From an uncultured Barnesiella sp. (GTDB taxonomy: Bacteria; Bacteroidota; Bacteroidia; Bacteroidales; Barnesiellaceae_A): a stretch of 64,000 nt of DNA. Within the stretch, counting starts at the first letter, position 1; every line of letters starts with the position of its first letter. The position numbers were made by a program, and so were the translations under genes. Location: assembly GCA_944321085.1 (NCBI GenBank), contig CALUJY010000008.1:68685-132684 (forward strand), in the 5' to 3' direction. The notes beneath the pieces were generated by a model. That model saw only the letters and a list, made by a program, of their open reading frames with translations, did no database searches and was not told the DNA's origin. Below, one piece after another: positions 38,138 through 47,690 of this stretch.

Positions 38138-39091
38138 ATGGCTTGGTATAACTTCTTTTCCAAAGAGAAAAAAGAGACGCTCGATAAAGGCTTGTCGAAG
38201 ACCAAAGAGGGTGTTTTCGCTAAATTGGCACGAGCCGTTGCCGGTAAATCGCAGGTCGACGACGAAGTGTTGGACAATCTCGAAGAGGTGCTCATCACTT
38301 CCGATGTGGGTGTCGATACCACTTTGCGCATCATAGAGCGGGTGGAGCAGCGCGTCGCACGCGATAAATATATGAGTACAAGTGAATTGCAACATATTTT
38401 GCGCGAAGAGATTGCCGCTCTTTTGGCCGAAACGGGAGACGACGATGAAGAAGACTTCGTTTTGCCCGAGGGTCAGCGTCCGTATGTCATCATGGTTGTG
38501 GGCGTAAACGGCGTAGGAAAAACCACCACCATAGGCAAGTTGGCATATCAGTATAAGAAAAAAGGCTATTCGGTATATCTCGGTGCCGCCGATACTTTCA
38601 GAGCCGCTGCCGTAGAGCAATTAGTGGCGTGGGGCGAGCGTGCCGATGTGCCTGTTATCAAGCAGAAAATGGGCTCCGACCCCGCCTCTGTGGCTTTTGA
38701 TGCCGTAAGTTCGGCCAAAGCCAACCATGCCGATGTGGTAATCATCGATACCGCCGGACGTCTGCATAACAAGGTAGGGTTGATGAATGAGCTTACCAAA
38801 ATAAAGAATGTGATGGCAAAAGTCGTGCCCGATGCTCCTCACGAAGTGTTGTTGGTACTCGATGGCTCTACGGGGCAAAATGCCTTTGAGCAGGCCAAAC
38901 AGTTTACGGCAGCAACCGAGGTGAACGAGCTGGCTATAACGAAACTCGACGGTACGGCCAAGGGCGGTGTCGTAATAGGCATATCAGACCAATTCAAGAT
39001 TCCGGTTAAATATATAGGCTTGGGCGAGGGGATTGACGACCTGCAAGTGTTCCGTCGCCGTGCTTTTGTAGATTCTCTCTTTGGCGATTGA
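38138..39091 (+). CDS. ftsY: signal recognition particle receptor FtsY
   Basis: 317 aa. GVNGVGKTTTIGKLA, DTAGR and TKLDG, the SRP GTPase motifs. Confidence 0.95.
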   Translation: MAWYNFFSKEKKETLDKGLSKTKEGVFAKLARAVAGKSQVDDEVLDNLEEVLITSDVGVDTTLRIIERVEQRVARDKYMSTSELQHILREEIAALLAETGDDDEEDFVLPEGQRPYVIMVVGVNGVGKTTTIGKLAYQYKKKGYSVYLGAADTFRAAAVEQLVAWGERADVPVIKQKMGSDPASVAFDAVSSAKANHADVVIIDTAGRLHNKVGLMNELTKIKNVMAKVVPDAPHEVLLVLDGSTGQNAFEQAKQFTAATEVNELAITKLDGTAKGGVVIGISDQFKIPVKYIGLGEGIDDLQVFRRRAFVDSLFGD

Positions 39092-39098
39092 TGCGGCT

Positions 39099-40391
39099 AT
39101 GATACGTAACAGAGTAGATATTGTATCGCTCGGATGCTCTAAGAACTTAGTCGATTCCGAGCGACTTTTGTTTCGCTTTTCACAAGCCGGTTACAAAGTG
39201 TTCCACGACTCGCATCGCGTGTCGGGCGAGATTGTGGTGGTGAACACCTGCGGATTTATAGGCGATGCCAAAGAAGAGAGTATCGCGATGATACTCGAAC
39301 TTGCCGAGGCGAAAAAGCGTCACCGTATAGGTAAACTTTTTGTAATGGGTTGTCTCTCGGAACGGTATCGTACCGAGCTTGAAAATGAAATTCCCGAGGT
39401 AGACAAGTTCTATGGTAAATTTGACTGGGCGGCGCTCCTTGCCGATTTGGGGCACCCCGAGGTGGTCTGCTCAGACCGCCGGGTGCTTACCACTCCTTCG
39501 CATTACGCTTACATCAGGATAGCCGAAGGCTGCAATCGCTTTTGTTCCTATTGTGCCATCCCGCTCATTACGGGACGTTATAAATCGGTGCCTATGGAGC
39601 GTTTGCTCGATGAGGTGCATACCCTTGTGGGGCAAGGTGTGCGCGAGTTTCAGGTGATAGCGCAAGACCTCTCGTATTATGGCGAAGACCTTTATGGCGA
39701 GAATCGTTTGGCTGCATTGGTTGAAAGTATGGCTGCGATACCCGGTGTAGATTGGATAAGGTTGCACTATGCCTATCCTGCGGGTTTCCCTTATGACTTG
39801 CTTCCCGTGATGCAGAAACACGATAACGTGTGCAAGTATCTCGATATAGCCTTGCAGCATATCAGCGACAATATGCTCGACCGCATGCACCGGCATGTTA
39901 CCAAACAAGAGACGTACGACCTCATTGCCCGTATCCGGCGCGAAGTCCCCGGCATCACGTTGCGCACTACCTTAATGGTGGGCTATCCCGGAGAGACGGA
40001 GGCCGATTTTGAAGAGCTGTTGCAGTTTGTGCGCGACATTCGTTTCGAGCGGATGGGCGCTTTTGCCTATTGCGAGGAAGAGGGCACTTTTGCAGCAGAG
40101 CATCATCCCGATGATGTGCCCGAGGAGGTGAAACAACAGCGGTTGGAGCAGCTCATGTCTTTGCAAGAGTCGATTGCTACCGAGATGAATGCTGCCAAAT
40201 GCGGCTCTGAGTTGAAGGTGTTGATCGACCGCGAAGACCCCGACTACTATGTGGGACGAACCGAGGCCGACTCGCCCGATGTTGACAACGAAGTATTGGT
40301 GCAGAAAACCATTCCTCTGCGAGTGGGCGACTTTTGCAAGGTGAAAGTGACAGAGACGCTCCCCTTTGACCTGATAGCGCGTCCTCTCTGA
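39099..40391 (+). CDS. rimO: ribosomal protein S12 methylthiotransferase
   Basis: An MTTase N-domain (VSLGCSKNLVDSE), a radical SAM CNRFCSYC motif, and a C-terminal TRAM domain. The track start 39081 is a TTG; ATG 39099 is preferred. Confidence 0.9.
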   Translation: MIRNRVDIVSLGCSKNLVDSERLLFRFSQAGYKVFHDSHRVSGEIVVVNTCGFIGDAKEESIAMILELAEAKKRHRIGKLFVMGCLSERYRTELENEIPEVDKFYGKFDWAALLADLGHPEVVCSDRRVLTTPSHYAYIRIAEGCNRFCSYCAIPLITGRYKSVPMERLLDEVHTLVGQGVREFQVIAQDLSYYGEDLYGENRLAALVESMAAIPGVDWIRLHYAYPAGFPYDLLPVMQKHDNVCKYLDIALQHISDNMLDRMHRHVTKQETYDLIARIRREVPGITLRTTLMVGYPGETEADFEELLQFVRDIRFERMGAFAYCEEEGTFAAEHHPDDVPEEVKQQRLEQLMSLQESIATEMNAAKCGSELKVLIDREDPDYYVGRTEADSPDVDNEVLVQKTIPLRVGDFCKVKVTETLPFDLIARPL

Positions 40392-41479
40392 TGGGAATCT
40401 CTATGAATGCCGGCGCCGCATATTGCGATATGGAAGAGCTCGGCAGGCTCATTGTCTGCTGCATGAATCGTAACATACCTTTCTATGCCTGTCGTTATCC
40501 CGGTGAGCAGCAGCCTTGTTTCGGCGCACAATACCACTCGGCTCCATCCCGCGGGGTGGCAAGCGGGTTTCGGGTAGTGCCTTTCATAGAGAGTGAAGAG
40601 TCGCCGGCCTTTACCATCGTCCCCGACTATCATGCTGCCGACCGTGCCATTCTCGAAGCCTTGCCGCCATTGCCTGATGTCACAGACGAGTTGTGTGGCA
40701 AGGATATGAGCCATGCGTCTTACATGGAGATTGCCGGGCGTATGATTTCTTGTATGAAATCCCGGGAGGTCTCGAAGTTGGTTCTCTCGCGTACCATAAC
40801 GGTCGCTTACGATGCGACCCGTATGCCTCGTTTCTTTGCTGCATTGTGTGCAGCCTATCCCTCGGCCTGTGTTTTCATGGTGAGTTATCCCGGCGTGTGC
40901 CGTTGGATAGGTGCGACTCCCGAACTTTTGTTGCGTTCCGTACCGGACGGATACGAGACTATGGCATTGGCCGGAACACGCCCGGCCGGAACTCTTGCCG
41001 AGTGGCCTCTCAAAGAGCGTGAAGAGCAACAGTATGTGGCCGACTATATCGCTCAGGTGTTGCGCGACTGTAAACTGTCGGCCGAGGTGGCGCCGACCTA
41101 TACCCGCAGAGCTGCGCAGGTTGAGCACCTCTGTACCGATTTCAATATAACTGCTACCCACGATGCGGTAACGCGCGACCTCTTACTTGCGCGTTTGCAT
41201 CCCACCCCCGCTGTGGCCGGCATGCCTGTTTGTGAGGCAAAGAGGCTTATTCCGGCCTTGGAAGGTTACAATCGCCGTTATTATGGCGGATATATAGGCG
41301 ATGCCGATATCGACGGGCATTGCCGTTGTTTTGTCAATCTGCGAAGCCTCGACTTTGATATGCAGGCCGTACGCCTTTATGTAGGCGGCGGGCTTACAGC
41401 TCGTTCGATAGCTGCCGACGAGTGGAACGAAACCTGCATCAAGTCGCAGACTTTGCTTTCAGTGTTGAACCGTTCTTAA
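40391..41479 (+). CDS. menF: isochorismate synthase
   Basis: 362 aa chorismate-binding C-terminus (LHPTPAVAG, YYGGYIG, GGGL). Its ATG shares one nucleotide with the rimO TGA (TGATG). Confidence 0.8.
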   Translation: MGISMNAGAAYCDMEELGRLIVCCMNRNIPFYACRYPGEQQPCFGAQYHSAPSRGVASGFRVVPFIESEESPAFTIVPDYHAADRAILEALPPLPDVTDELCGKDMSHASYMEIAGRMISCMKSREVSKLVLSRTITVAYDATRMPRFFAALCAAYPSACVFMVSYPGVCRWIGATPELLLRSVPDGYETMALAGTRPAGTLAEWPLKEREEQQYVADYIAQVLRDCKLSAEVAPTYTRRAAQVEHLCTDFNITATHDAVTRDLLLARLHPTPAVAGMPVCEAKRLIPALEGYNRRYYGGYIGDADIDGHCRCFVNLRSLDFDMQAVRLYVGGGLTARSIAADEWNETCIKSQTLLSVLNRS

Positions 41480-41495
41480 TCTTTTATGTACGACT

Positions 41496-43178
41496 ATGGA
41501 AACGACCAATCATGAGATGTGCCGCGCATTGGCAGAATTGTCAGTGGCTCACGGTGTGCGATATGCTGTCTTGTCACCGGGTTCTCGCAATGCTCCGTTG
41601 TTGGTGGCTTTTGCCCGTGAGACAGCCATAAAACATTATGTGGTGATAGACGAGCGTGTGGCGGCTTTTATGGCGTTGGGTATGGCGGCGAGGTTGCAAG
41701 AGCCCGTAGCTCTTGTGTGTACCTCGGGTACGGCATTGCTCAACTACGCGCCGGCTGTGGCCGAGGCCTATTATAGGCATGTGCCGTTGATAGTCATTTC
41801 GGCCGATCGTCCCGATGAGTGGATAGACCAAGACGATAGTCAGACCATCAGGCAGCGAGGCATATTTGCCCCGTTTATAAAGGCTTCGTATCATCTCCCG
41901 GTGGATGCGGGAGAGGAGTTGAACATGTGGTATGCTACCCGCATGATAAACGAAGCTCTGTTGACGGCAAAGGCATCGTGTCCCGGCCCGGTGCATATCA
42001 ATGTGCCTTTGCGTGAACCTCTTTGCGGTACGGCCGAGTATATGCCCGGTCGGTTCCGTGCGATGCAGATGATGAAGCCCTCCCGACAACTTGCTGCCGC
42101 CGACCTCTCGGCGTTGACGGCCGAGTTTGCCCGACACGACAAAATAATGGTTTTCGCATCTTTGTTGTCGCCGTCGCCAGCTGTGCAGGCAGCTTTGTCG
42201 CGCTTGGCAGCCCTGCCGCAAGTAATGGTTCTCACCGAGAGTGTGTCGAATGTGCAAGACCCTCGCTTCATACCCACTGTCGACCGTGTGCTTACGGCCA
42301 TAGACAATAGCGAGAAACCGGCTTTTGCGCCCTCGTTGTTGATAACCGTTGGTGGCGCGCCCATCTCGCGCATGGCCAAACTCTTTATGCGGCGATACGC
42401 TCCGGCGGTGCATTGGCGTATAGGGGAGGAACAACATATCATAGATACCATGCAATGCCTTACATGCCAGATAGATGCCGACCCGGCTTGGCTCTTGGCG
42501 AATTTGGCGCAATGCCCGTCACGTGACAGCGGTTATACCGCGTTGTGGAAGGAGCGCGAAGCCCGCGCCGGCTGTTTGCACGATAGTTTTGTGGAGGCTG
42601 CACCTTGGTGTGCTCTCAAAGCCTTTTCGATACTTCTGCCATCGCTTCCCGAAGGGGTATCGTTGCACTTGTCCAACGGGACGTCGGTACGTTATGCACA
42701 GCTATTCAATACGCCGCAGGTGGCGCAGACATACAGCAACCGCGGCGTGAGCGGTATTGACGGATGTACCTCTACGGCATTGGGTTCGGCTTGTGTCGAT
42801 GATGGTACGACACTCCTCATAACCGGCGATATGAGTTTCGCTTACGATGCCGGAGGCCTTGCCACAGGATATGCGACACCTCGTTTCAAAGTTGTGGTAT
42901 TGTGTAATGGCGGAGGCGGTATATTCCGCTTTATCAAAGGTCCGTCCGATTTGCCCGAGTTGGAAGAGTGTTTCGAGGTGAAACGACGTATCCCTGTCGA
43001 AGGATATGCTGCCCTGCATGGCTTCCGTTTTTTCAAGGCTGCTTCTGTTGAAGAGTTGCACGATGTTTTGCCTCGTTTTTGGGCAGAAGAGGAACAGCCT
43101 GCTTTGCTTGCCTTAGAGACCGACGGCGTGACCGATGCCGCTGTTTTGCGGGCCTATATGAGGCGCGCCCGCTCGTGA
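41496..43178 (+). CDS. menD: 2-succinyl-5-enolpyruvyl-6-hydroxy-3-cyclohexene-1-carboxylate synthase
   Basis: 560 aa ThDP enzyme. SPGSRNAPL, TSGTALLNY and GDMSFAYD motifs. Confidence 0.9.
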   Translation: METTNHEMCRALAELSVAHGVRYAVLSPGSRNAPLLVAFARETAIKHYVVIDERVAAFMALGMAARLQEPVALVCTSGTALLNYAPAVAEAYYRHVPLIVISADRPDEWIDQDDSQTIRQRGIFAPFIKASYHLPVDAGEELNMWYATRMINEALLTAKASCPGPVHINVPLREPLCGTAEYMPGRFRAMQMMKPSRQLAAADLSALTAEFARHDKIMVFASLLSPSPAVQAALSRLAALPQVMVLTESVSNVQDPRFIPTVDRVLTAIDNSEKPAFAPSLLITVGGAPISRMAKLFMRRYAPAVHWRIGEEQHIIDTMQCLTCQIDADPAWLLANLAQCPSRDSGYTALWKEREARAGCLHDSFVEAAPWCALKAFSILLPSLPEGVSLHLSNGTSVRYAQLFNTPQVAQTYSNRGVSGIDGCTSTALGSACVDDGTTLLITGDMSFAYDAGGLATGYATPRFKVVVLCNGGGGIFRFIKGPSDLPELEECFEVKRRIPVEGYAALHGFRFFKAASVEELHDVLPRFWAEEEQPALLALETDGVTDAAVLRAYMRRARS

Positions 43179-43274
43179 AAAGGTTTGTGATATAGTGCCG
43201 TATCGTTCGCTGCGATTGTGCATGTGCTTTGTATATATGTTATAAAGAATTGATGAATAGAACAATATAAAAAT

Positions 43275-44237
43275 ATGATAGAAAAGTTGAAAGAAAAAGT
43301 GCTTGCCGGAGGCAACGTAACTTTTGCCGAGGCCTGTGACCTCTATCGTTCCGACGATAGGGCAGCCTTGCTTGCGGCAGCCGATGAGATACGTTTGCAG
43401 CGGGTAGGTAATGATATCGACACCTGTTGTATCGTAAACGCTCGTTCGGGCAAATGCGGCGAAGACTGCAAGTGGTGCGCACAATCGGCGCATTACGCCA
43501 CACACATAAGCGAGTATGAGCGGGTGAGTGACGATGAGGCTATGGCTGTGGCACAAGCGAGTGCCCGGCAAGGTATAGCACGCTATTCGCTGGTGACGAG
43601 CGGACGAAGGATGACGGCCAAGGAGATGCCTCCTTTTTGCAACATCTATCGCCGCGTGAAAGAGGAGACAGGGTTATACCTGTGCGCCTCTATGGGATTG
43701 TTGGGTAAAGAAGAGTTGCAAATGCTTTACGATGCAGGCGTACGTCGCTATCACTGCAATTTAGAGACGGCGTCGTCTTATTTCCCGGCGCTGTGCAGCA
43801 CGCATACCTCCGAGCAAAAGAAACAGACCATACGTTGGGCTCGCGAGGTGGGTATGGAGATATGCTCGGGCGGTATTATAGGCATGGGCGAGACGGTAGA
43901 GCAACGCATAGAATTGGCGTTTGAGTTGCGTGAACTGCAAGTAACCTCGGTGCCTGTCAATATCTTATCGCCTATCCCCGGGACGCCGCTTGCTTCTATA
44001 CCCTTGCTCGACGAAGATAGTATCTTGCGCACCATAGCCGTATATCGCTTCGTATTGCCCGATGCCGTGATACGTTTTGCCGGCGGTCGCATGCGCCTTT
44101 CGGAAGAGGCTCAGTTATTGGCGTTGCGCGGTGGACTGAATGGCGCGTTGGTGGGTGATTTGCTCACTACCGTAGGTAATGGCGTAGAGCAAGATGCCAA
44201 GCTCTTCGACAAGGCCGGCTACCGCTGGGTTAAATAG
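43275..44237 (+). CDS. bioB: biotin synthase
   Basis: 320 aa. Radical SAM CGEDCKWCAQS, plus YHCNLET and a GGIIGMGET-type region. Confidence 0.95.
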   Translation: MIEKLKEKVLAGGNVTFAEACDLYRSDDRAALLAAADEIRLQRVGNDIDTCCIVNARSGKCGEDCKWCAQSAHYATHISEYERVSDDEAMAVAQASARQGIARYSLVTSGRRMTAKEMPPFCNIYRRVKEETGLYLCASMGLLGKEELQMLYDAGVRRYHCNLETASSYFPALCSTHTSEQKKQTIRWAREVGMEICSGGIIGMGETVEQRIELAFELRELQVTSVPVNILSPIPGTPLASIPLLDEDSILRTIAVYRFVLPDAVIRFAGGRMRLSEEAQLLALRGGLNGALVGDLLTTVGNGVEQDAKLFDKAGYRWVK

Positions 44238-44270
44238 AATATACGATGTTGCATATCGGGCAAAAATCGC

Positions 44271-44278
44271 TATCTTTG
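44271..44278 (+). promoter_or_regulatory. -7 box TATCTTTG for the DUF4199-to-MscS operon
   Basis: 39 nt upstream of ATG 44318. Confidence 0.45.
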
Positions 44279-44317
44279 CAAGTTGCATAGAATGTGACAT
44301 CAAGAGTTATATACGTT

Positions 44318-44857
44318 ATGGCCGATTCCGTTAAGCGCAAAAGTCTCCTTCAATACAGCATGGAGGGGGGCGTATGGTTGGGTATATATTTGATAATACG
44401 GTTTGCCTGTATGGTTATGGGGTTATATTCCGCTGTGGCCAATCTACTTGCGCTTGCTCTTTTTGTAGGTACGCCTTTCGTGCTCTATCGTATCATGATG
44501 GTGTATCACCGCAACAACAGTTATATATCGTTTTTTTCGCTGTTGTGGATGATGGGCATCATGCTCTTTTTCTTTGCTTCGTTGATATGCAGTGTGGCAG
44601 AGTATATTTTTTATCAATATATCAATCCCGATTATGTGACCGAGCTGTTCGACCACGCATTTACACTTATCAAGGAATCGGAGGTACTCTCAGACGCTAT
44701 TTCGCTCGAAGACATGCGCACGGCGCTCGGAGAGGGCGCTGCTCCCACCCCGTTACAGATGGTGATGCAGTCGATATGGTCGAATGTCTTTTTCGGGTCG
44801 TTACTGTCGATGATTGTAGCGCCTTTTGTATTGCGAAAACGTAAAAAAGCATCATAA
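44318..44857 (+). CDS. DUF4199-like multi-pass membrane protein
   Basis: About 179 aa with four hydrophobic helices. Start trimmed to MADSVKRKS. The family name is from memory. Confidence 0.55.
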   Translation: MADSVKRKSLLQYSMEGGVWLGIYLIIRFACMVMGLYSAVANLLALALFVGTPFVLYRIMMVYHRNNSYISFFSLLWMMGIMLFFFASLICSVAEYIFYQYINPDYVTELFDHAFTLIKESEVLSDAISLEDMRTALGEGAAPTPLQMVMQSIWSNVFFGSLLSMIVAPFVLRKRKKAS

Positions 44858-44865
44858 AAAAGAAA

Positions 44866-45816
44866 ATGGATATTTCGTTAGTCATACCCTTATATAATGA
44901 AGCTGAGTCGCTTCCCGAGTTGGAGGCGTGGATAGCCCGGGTCATGCAAGAGAACGGGTTCAGCTACGAGATTTGGTTTGTCAACGATGGCAGTACCGAC
45001 AACTCGTGGCAGGTGATAGAGGAGTTGCGCCGGAAAAATCCCTGTGTCAAAGGAGTGTCGTTCCGTCGCAATTATGGTAAGTCGCCCGCCCTGTTTACGG
45101 GATTCGAGAAGGTACAAGGCGATGTGGTTATCACGATGGATGCCGACCTGCAAGACAGTCCCGATGAGATACCCGAGTTGTATCGCATGATTACCGTTGA
45201 CGGCTATGACTTGGTGTCGGGATGGAAAAAGAAACGTTATGACCCGTTGTCGAAGACTATTCCCACCAAACTCTTCAATGCTACGGCGCGCAAGGTGAGC
45301 GGCATCAAGCTCCACGATTTCAACTGCGGTTTGAAGGCGTATCGCCGCGAAGTGGTGAAGTCTATCGAGGTCTACGGCGACATGCACCGGTATATACCTT
45401 ATCTAGCTAAAAATGCCGGTTATACCCGTATCGGCGAGAAAGTGGTGCATCATCGCGCCCGTAAGTATGGAAAGACAAAATTCGGGCTCGACCGTTTTGT
45501 CAACGGTTATCTTGACCTCATTACACTTTGGTTCTTCTCTAAATTCGGTGTGAAGCCTATGCACTTCTTCGGACTGTTGGGCAGCCTCATGTTCTTCATA
45601 GGTTTTGTAGCCGTTATTGTAGTGGGCGTCACGAAGCTCTATAACCTCTATCATGGCTATCCTTATCGGTTAGTAACCGACTCGCCTTATTTCTATTTGG
45701 CACTCACGTTCATGATATTAGGCACGCAACTTTTCCTGACCGGTTTTGTAGGCGAACTAATTTCGCGCAATGCTACGGAGCGTAATAAATATCAGGTTTC
45801 GGAAGTGTTGGATTGA
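44866..45816 (+). CDS. GT2 polyprenol-phosphate glycosyltransferase (DPM1/ArnC-like)
   Basis: 316 aa. ISLVIPLYNEAESL, VNDGSTDNS, MDADLQD, and two C-terminal TM helices. Confidence 0.85.
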   Translation: MDISLVIPLYNEAESLPELEAWIARVMQENGFSYEIWFVNDGSTDNSWQVIEELRRKNPCVKGVSFRRNYGKSPALFTGFEKVQGDVVITMDADLQDSPDEIPELYRMITVDGYDLVSGWKKKRYDPLSKTIPTKLFNATARKVSGIKLHDFNCGLKAYRREVVKSIEVYGDMHRYIPYLAKNAGYTRIGEKVVHHRARKYGKTKFGLDRFVNGYLDLITLWFFSKFGVKPMHFFGLLGSLMFFIGFVAVIVVGVTKLYNLYHGYPYRLVTDSPYFYLALTFMILGTQLFLTGFVGELISRNATERNKYQVSEVLD

Positions 45817-45819
45817 TTA

Positions 45820-46350
45820 ATGGTCGCTACTATGCAGAATATTGTTGTGTCGTTGGCTCAGAAACGTTGTTCGGTAAGGAAATACGATTCACGACCTGTT
45901 CCTGACGGGTTGTTGCGCTACGTTATCGAGGCGGCACGGCTTGCCCCGTCGGCCGTGAATTTGCAGCCTGCGACGTTTGTCGTCGTGCGCGATGCTGCAT
46001 TGCTCGGCCGTTTGGCCGAAGCCTATCCGCGCGATTGGTTTCGCACCGCCCCGGCTTGTATTGTGGCGTGTGGCAATCATAATGTATCGTGGCATAGGGC
46101 TGCCGACGGCAAAGACCACTGCGATATAGATGTCGCCATTGCAGCCGAGCATATATGCCTTGCGGCCACCGAGGTAGGGTTAGGCACATGTTGGGTATGT
46201 AACTTCGATACGGCTCTCTGTCGTGAGTTGCTCGATTTGCCGTCATACGTAGAGCCGATTGTGCTTTTACCGATAGGATTTCCGACTGCCGATGTTGTTC
46301 CCTTGCCTAAGAATCGAAAATTATTAGACGAAATTGTCGTATGGCGTTGA
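45820..46350 (+). CDS. nitroreductase-family protein
   Basis: 176 aa. RCSVRKYDSRPV and APSAVNLQP motifs. Confidence 0.8.
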   Translation: MVATMQNIVVSLAQKRCSVRKYDSRPVPDGLLRYVIEAARLAPSAVNLQPATFVVVRDAALLGRLAEAYPRDWFRTAPACIVACGNHNVSWHRAADGKDHCDIDVAIAAEHICLAATEVGLGTCWVCNFDTALCRELLDLPSYVEPIVLLPIGFPTADVVPLPKNRKLLDEIVVWR

Positions 46351-46865
46351 GTAGAAAAAGTCGTATAGTGTGGTTGTGTACAGGTCTGTCCGTAGTAGGA
46401 CTTACCTTGCTGACGGCATGCGGTGAAAGCGGTTGCTACGAAAATCGCAGCAGCATTCCGCAGGCGACATTCTATGCCTATAACATGCCCGACCGTGCCA
46501 TTGCCATAGACTCCATAGAGGTGTATGGCGTAGGGCATCCGACAGATTCGCTGCTTGTGGAGGCCGGTTCGGGAACTTCGAGCCTCTATTTGCCTTTCCG
46601 CAGCGATGCCGATACGACACGTTATGTCATTCACTATGCTTCTCAGGAATTGGCCGATACGGCCAATAACGATACCTTGATGTTTGCATACACTCGTTTT
46701 CCTTACTTCATCTCGGGCGATTGCGGTGTCGTATTCAATTATACGATTACACGTTTTGAATATACGTGCCATTTGCTCGATTCGGCAGCGTTGGTAACTG
46801 CCGAAGTGACTAATACAGAAGCCGAAACCGTTCAACTTTTTTATTATGTCGCTATCGAGGAGTAA
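46341..46865 (+). CDS. small lipoprotein (DUF6452-like, from memory)
   Basis: Signal plus lipobox LTLLTAC. Its ATG overlaps the nitroreductase stop by 10 nt. Confidence 0.55.
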   Translation: MALSRKSRIVWLCTGLSVVGLTLLTACGESGCYENRSSIPQATFYAYNMPDRAIAIDSIEVYGVGHPTDSLLVEAGSGTSSLYLPFRSDADTTRYVIHYASQELADTANNDTLMFAYTRFPYFISGDCGVVFNYTITRFEYTCHLLDSAALVTAEVTNTEAETVQLFYYVAIEE

Positions 46866-47685
46866 TAGACGTTCCGTTCTGTGGCGGGTACTGTTGTTTG
46901 CCGTTGCCGTCTGTGTGTGCTTACCGGCGGGGGCGCAGCGGGTGATTACTCCCGTAGAAAGCAATGACCTGCCTTTGGAAGTGCGTAAACGACAGCAAGA
47001 GAAAATAAATCGTACGATGAATGTCGATACGATGGCGACTACGCCTCCGCCCTCAGAAGAGAAAGAACCCAAGTACAAAGCTCCGCTTTTCGGCGGATTA
47101 TTGCTTACGGCCGATATTGCATCGCCTGTCATGAATCTTTTTGGGCAGCAGTATGGAAACTATGAGGTTGCGTTGGAAGCCGATTTCTTACACCGTTTTT
47201 TCCCGGTTGTGGAGTTAGGCATCGGATATGCCGATAATACACCCGAAGACAATAACTATACCTTCAAGTGTGCCCCGTCGCTTTATGGCAGGATAGGCAT
47301 GAACTATAACTTCTTCTACAATAACGGTTCGGAAAGTTTTTTTGCGCTCGGAGCACGTTACGGTCTCACGCATTTCTCCTATTCGTGGGACAATGTGCGT
47401 CTTGACGATTCCTATTGGGGGAGTGTCGATGTCGTGTCTATACCGCGGCAGAAAGCATTTGCCCATTGGGCTGAAATTGTCATTGCGTTACGGATACAAG
47501 TGTATAGGAATTTCTATATGGGATGGAGCGCCCGTTATCGCATACTTATAGGTTGCGGTTCATCGTCATACGGCGAGCCCATGTTTATTCCCGGCTTCGG
47601 ATCATCATCCGGCGGCTTTGGATTTACCTATACGGTAGGTTATCGGTTACCTTTGGGAGGTAAGAATAAAGAAACGAAAAAGTAA
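46846..47685 (+). CDS. signal-peptide protein, probable small outer-membrane beta-barrel (DUF6048-like, from memory)
   Basis: Signal VLLFAVAVCVCLPAGAQ, with alternating aromatic strands (YGRIGMNYNFFY, FGFTYTVGYRL). It overlaps the upstream gene by 20 nt. Confidence 0.5.
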   Translation: MSLSRSNRRSVLWRVLLFAVAVCVCLPAGAQRVITPVESNDLPLEVRKRQQEKINRTMNVDTMATTPPPSEEKEPKYKAPLFGGLLLTADIASPVMNLFGQQYGNYEVALEADFLHRFFPVVELGIGYADNTPEDNNYTFKCAPSLYGRIGMNYNFFYNNGSESFFALGARYGLTHFSYSWDNVRLDDSYWGSVDVVSIPRQKAFAHWAEIVIALRIQVYRNFYMGWSARYRILIGCGSSSYGEPMFIPGFGSSSGGFGFTYTVGYRLPLGGKNKETKK

Positions 47686-47690
47686 ATAAA

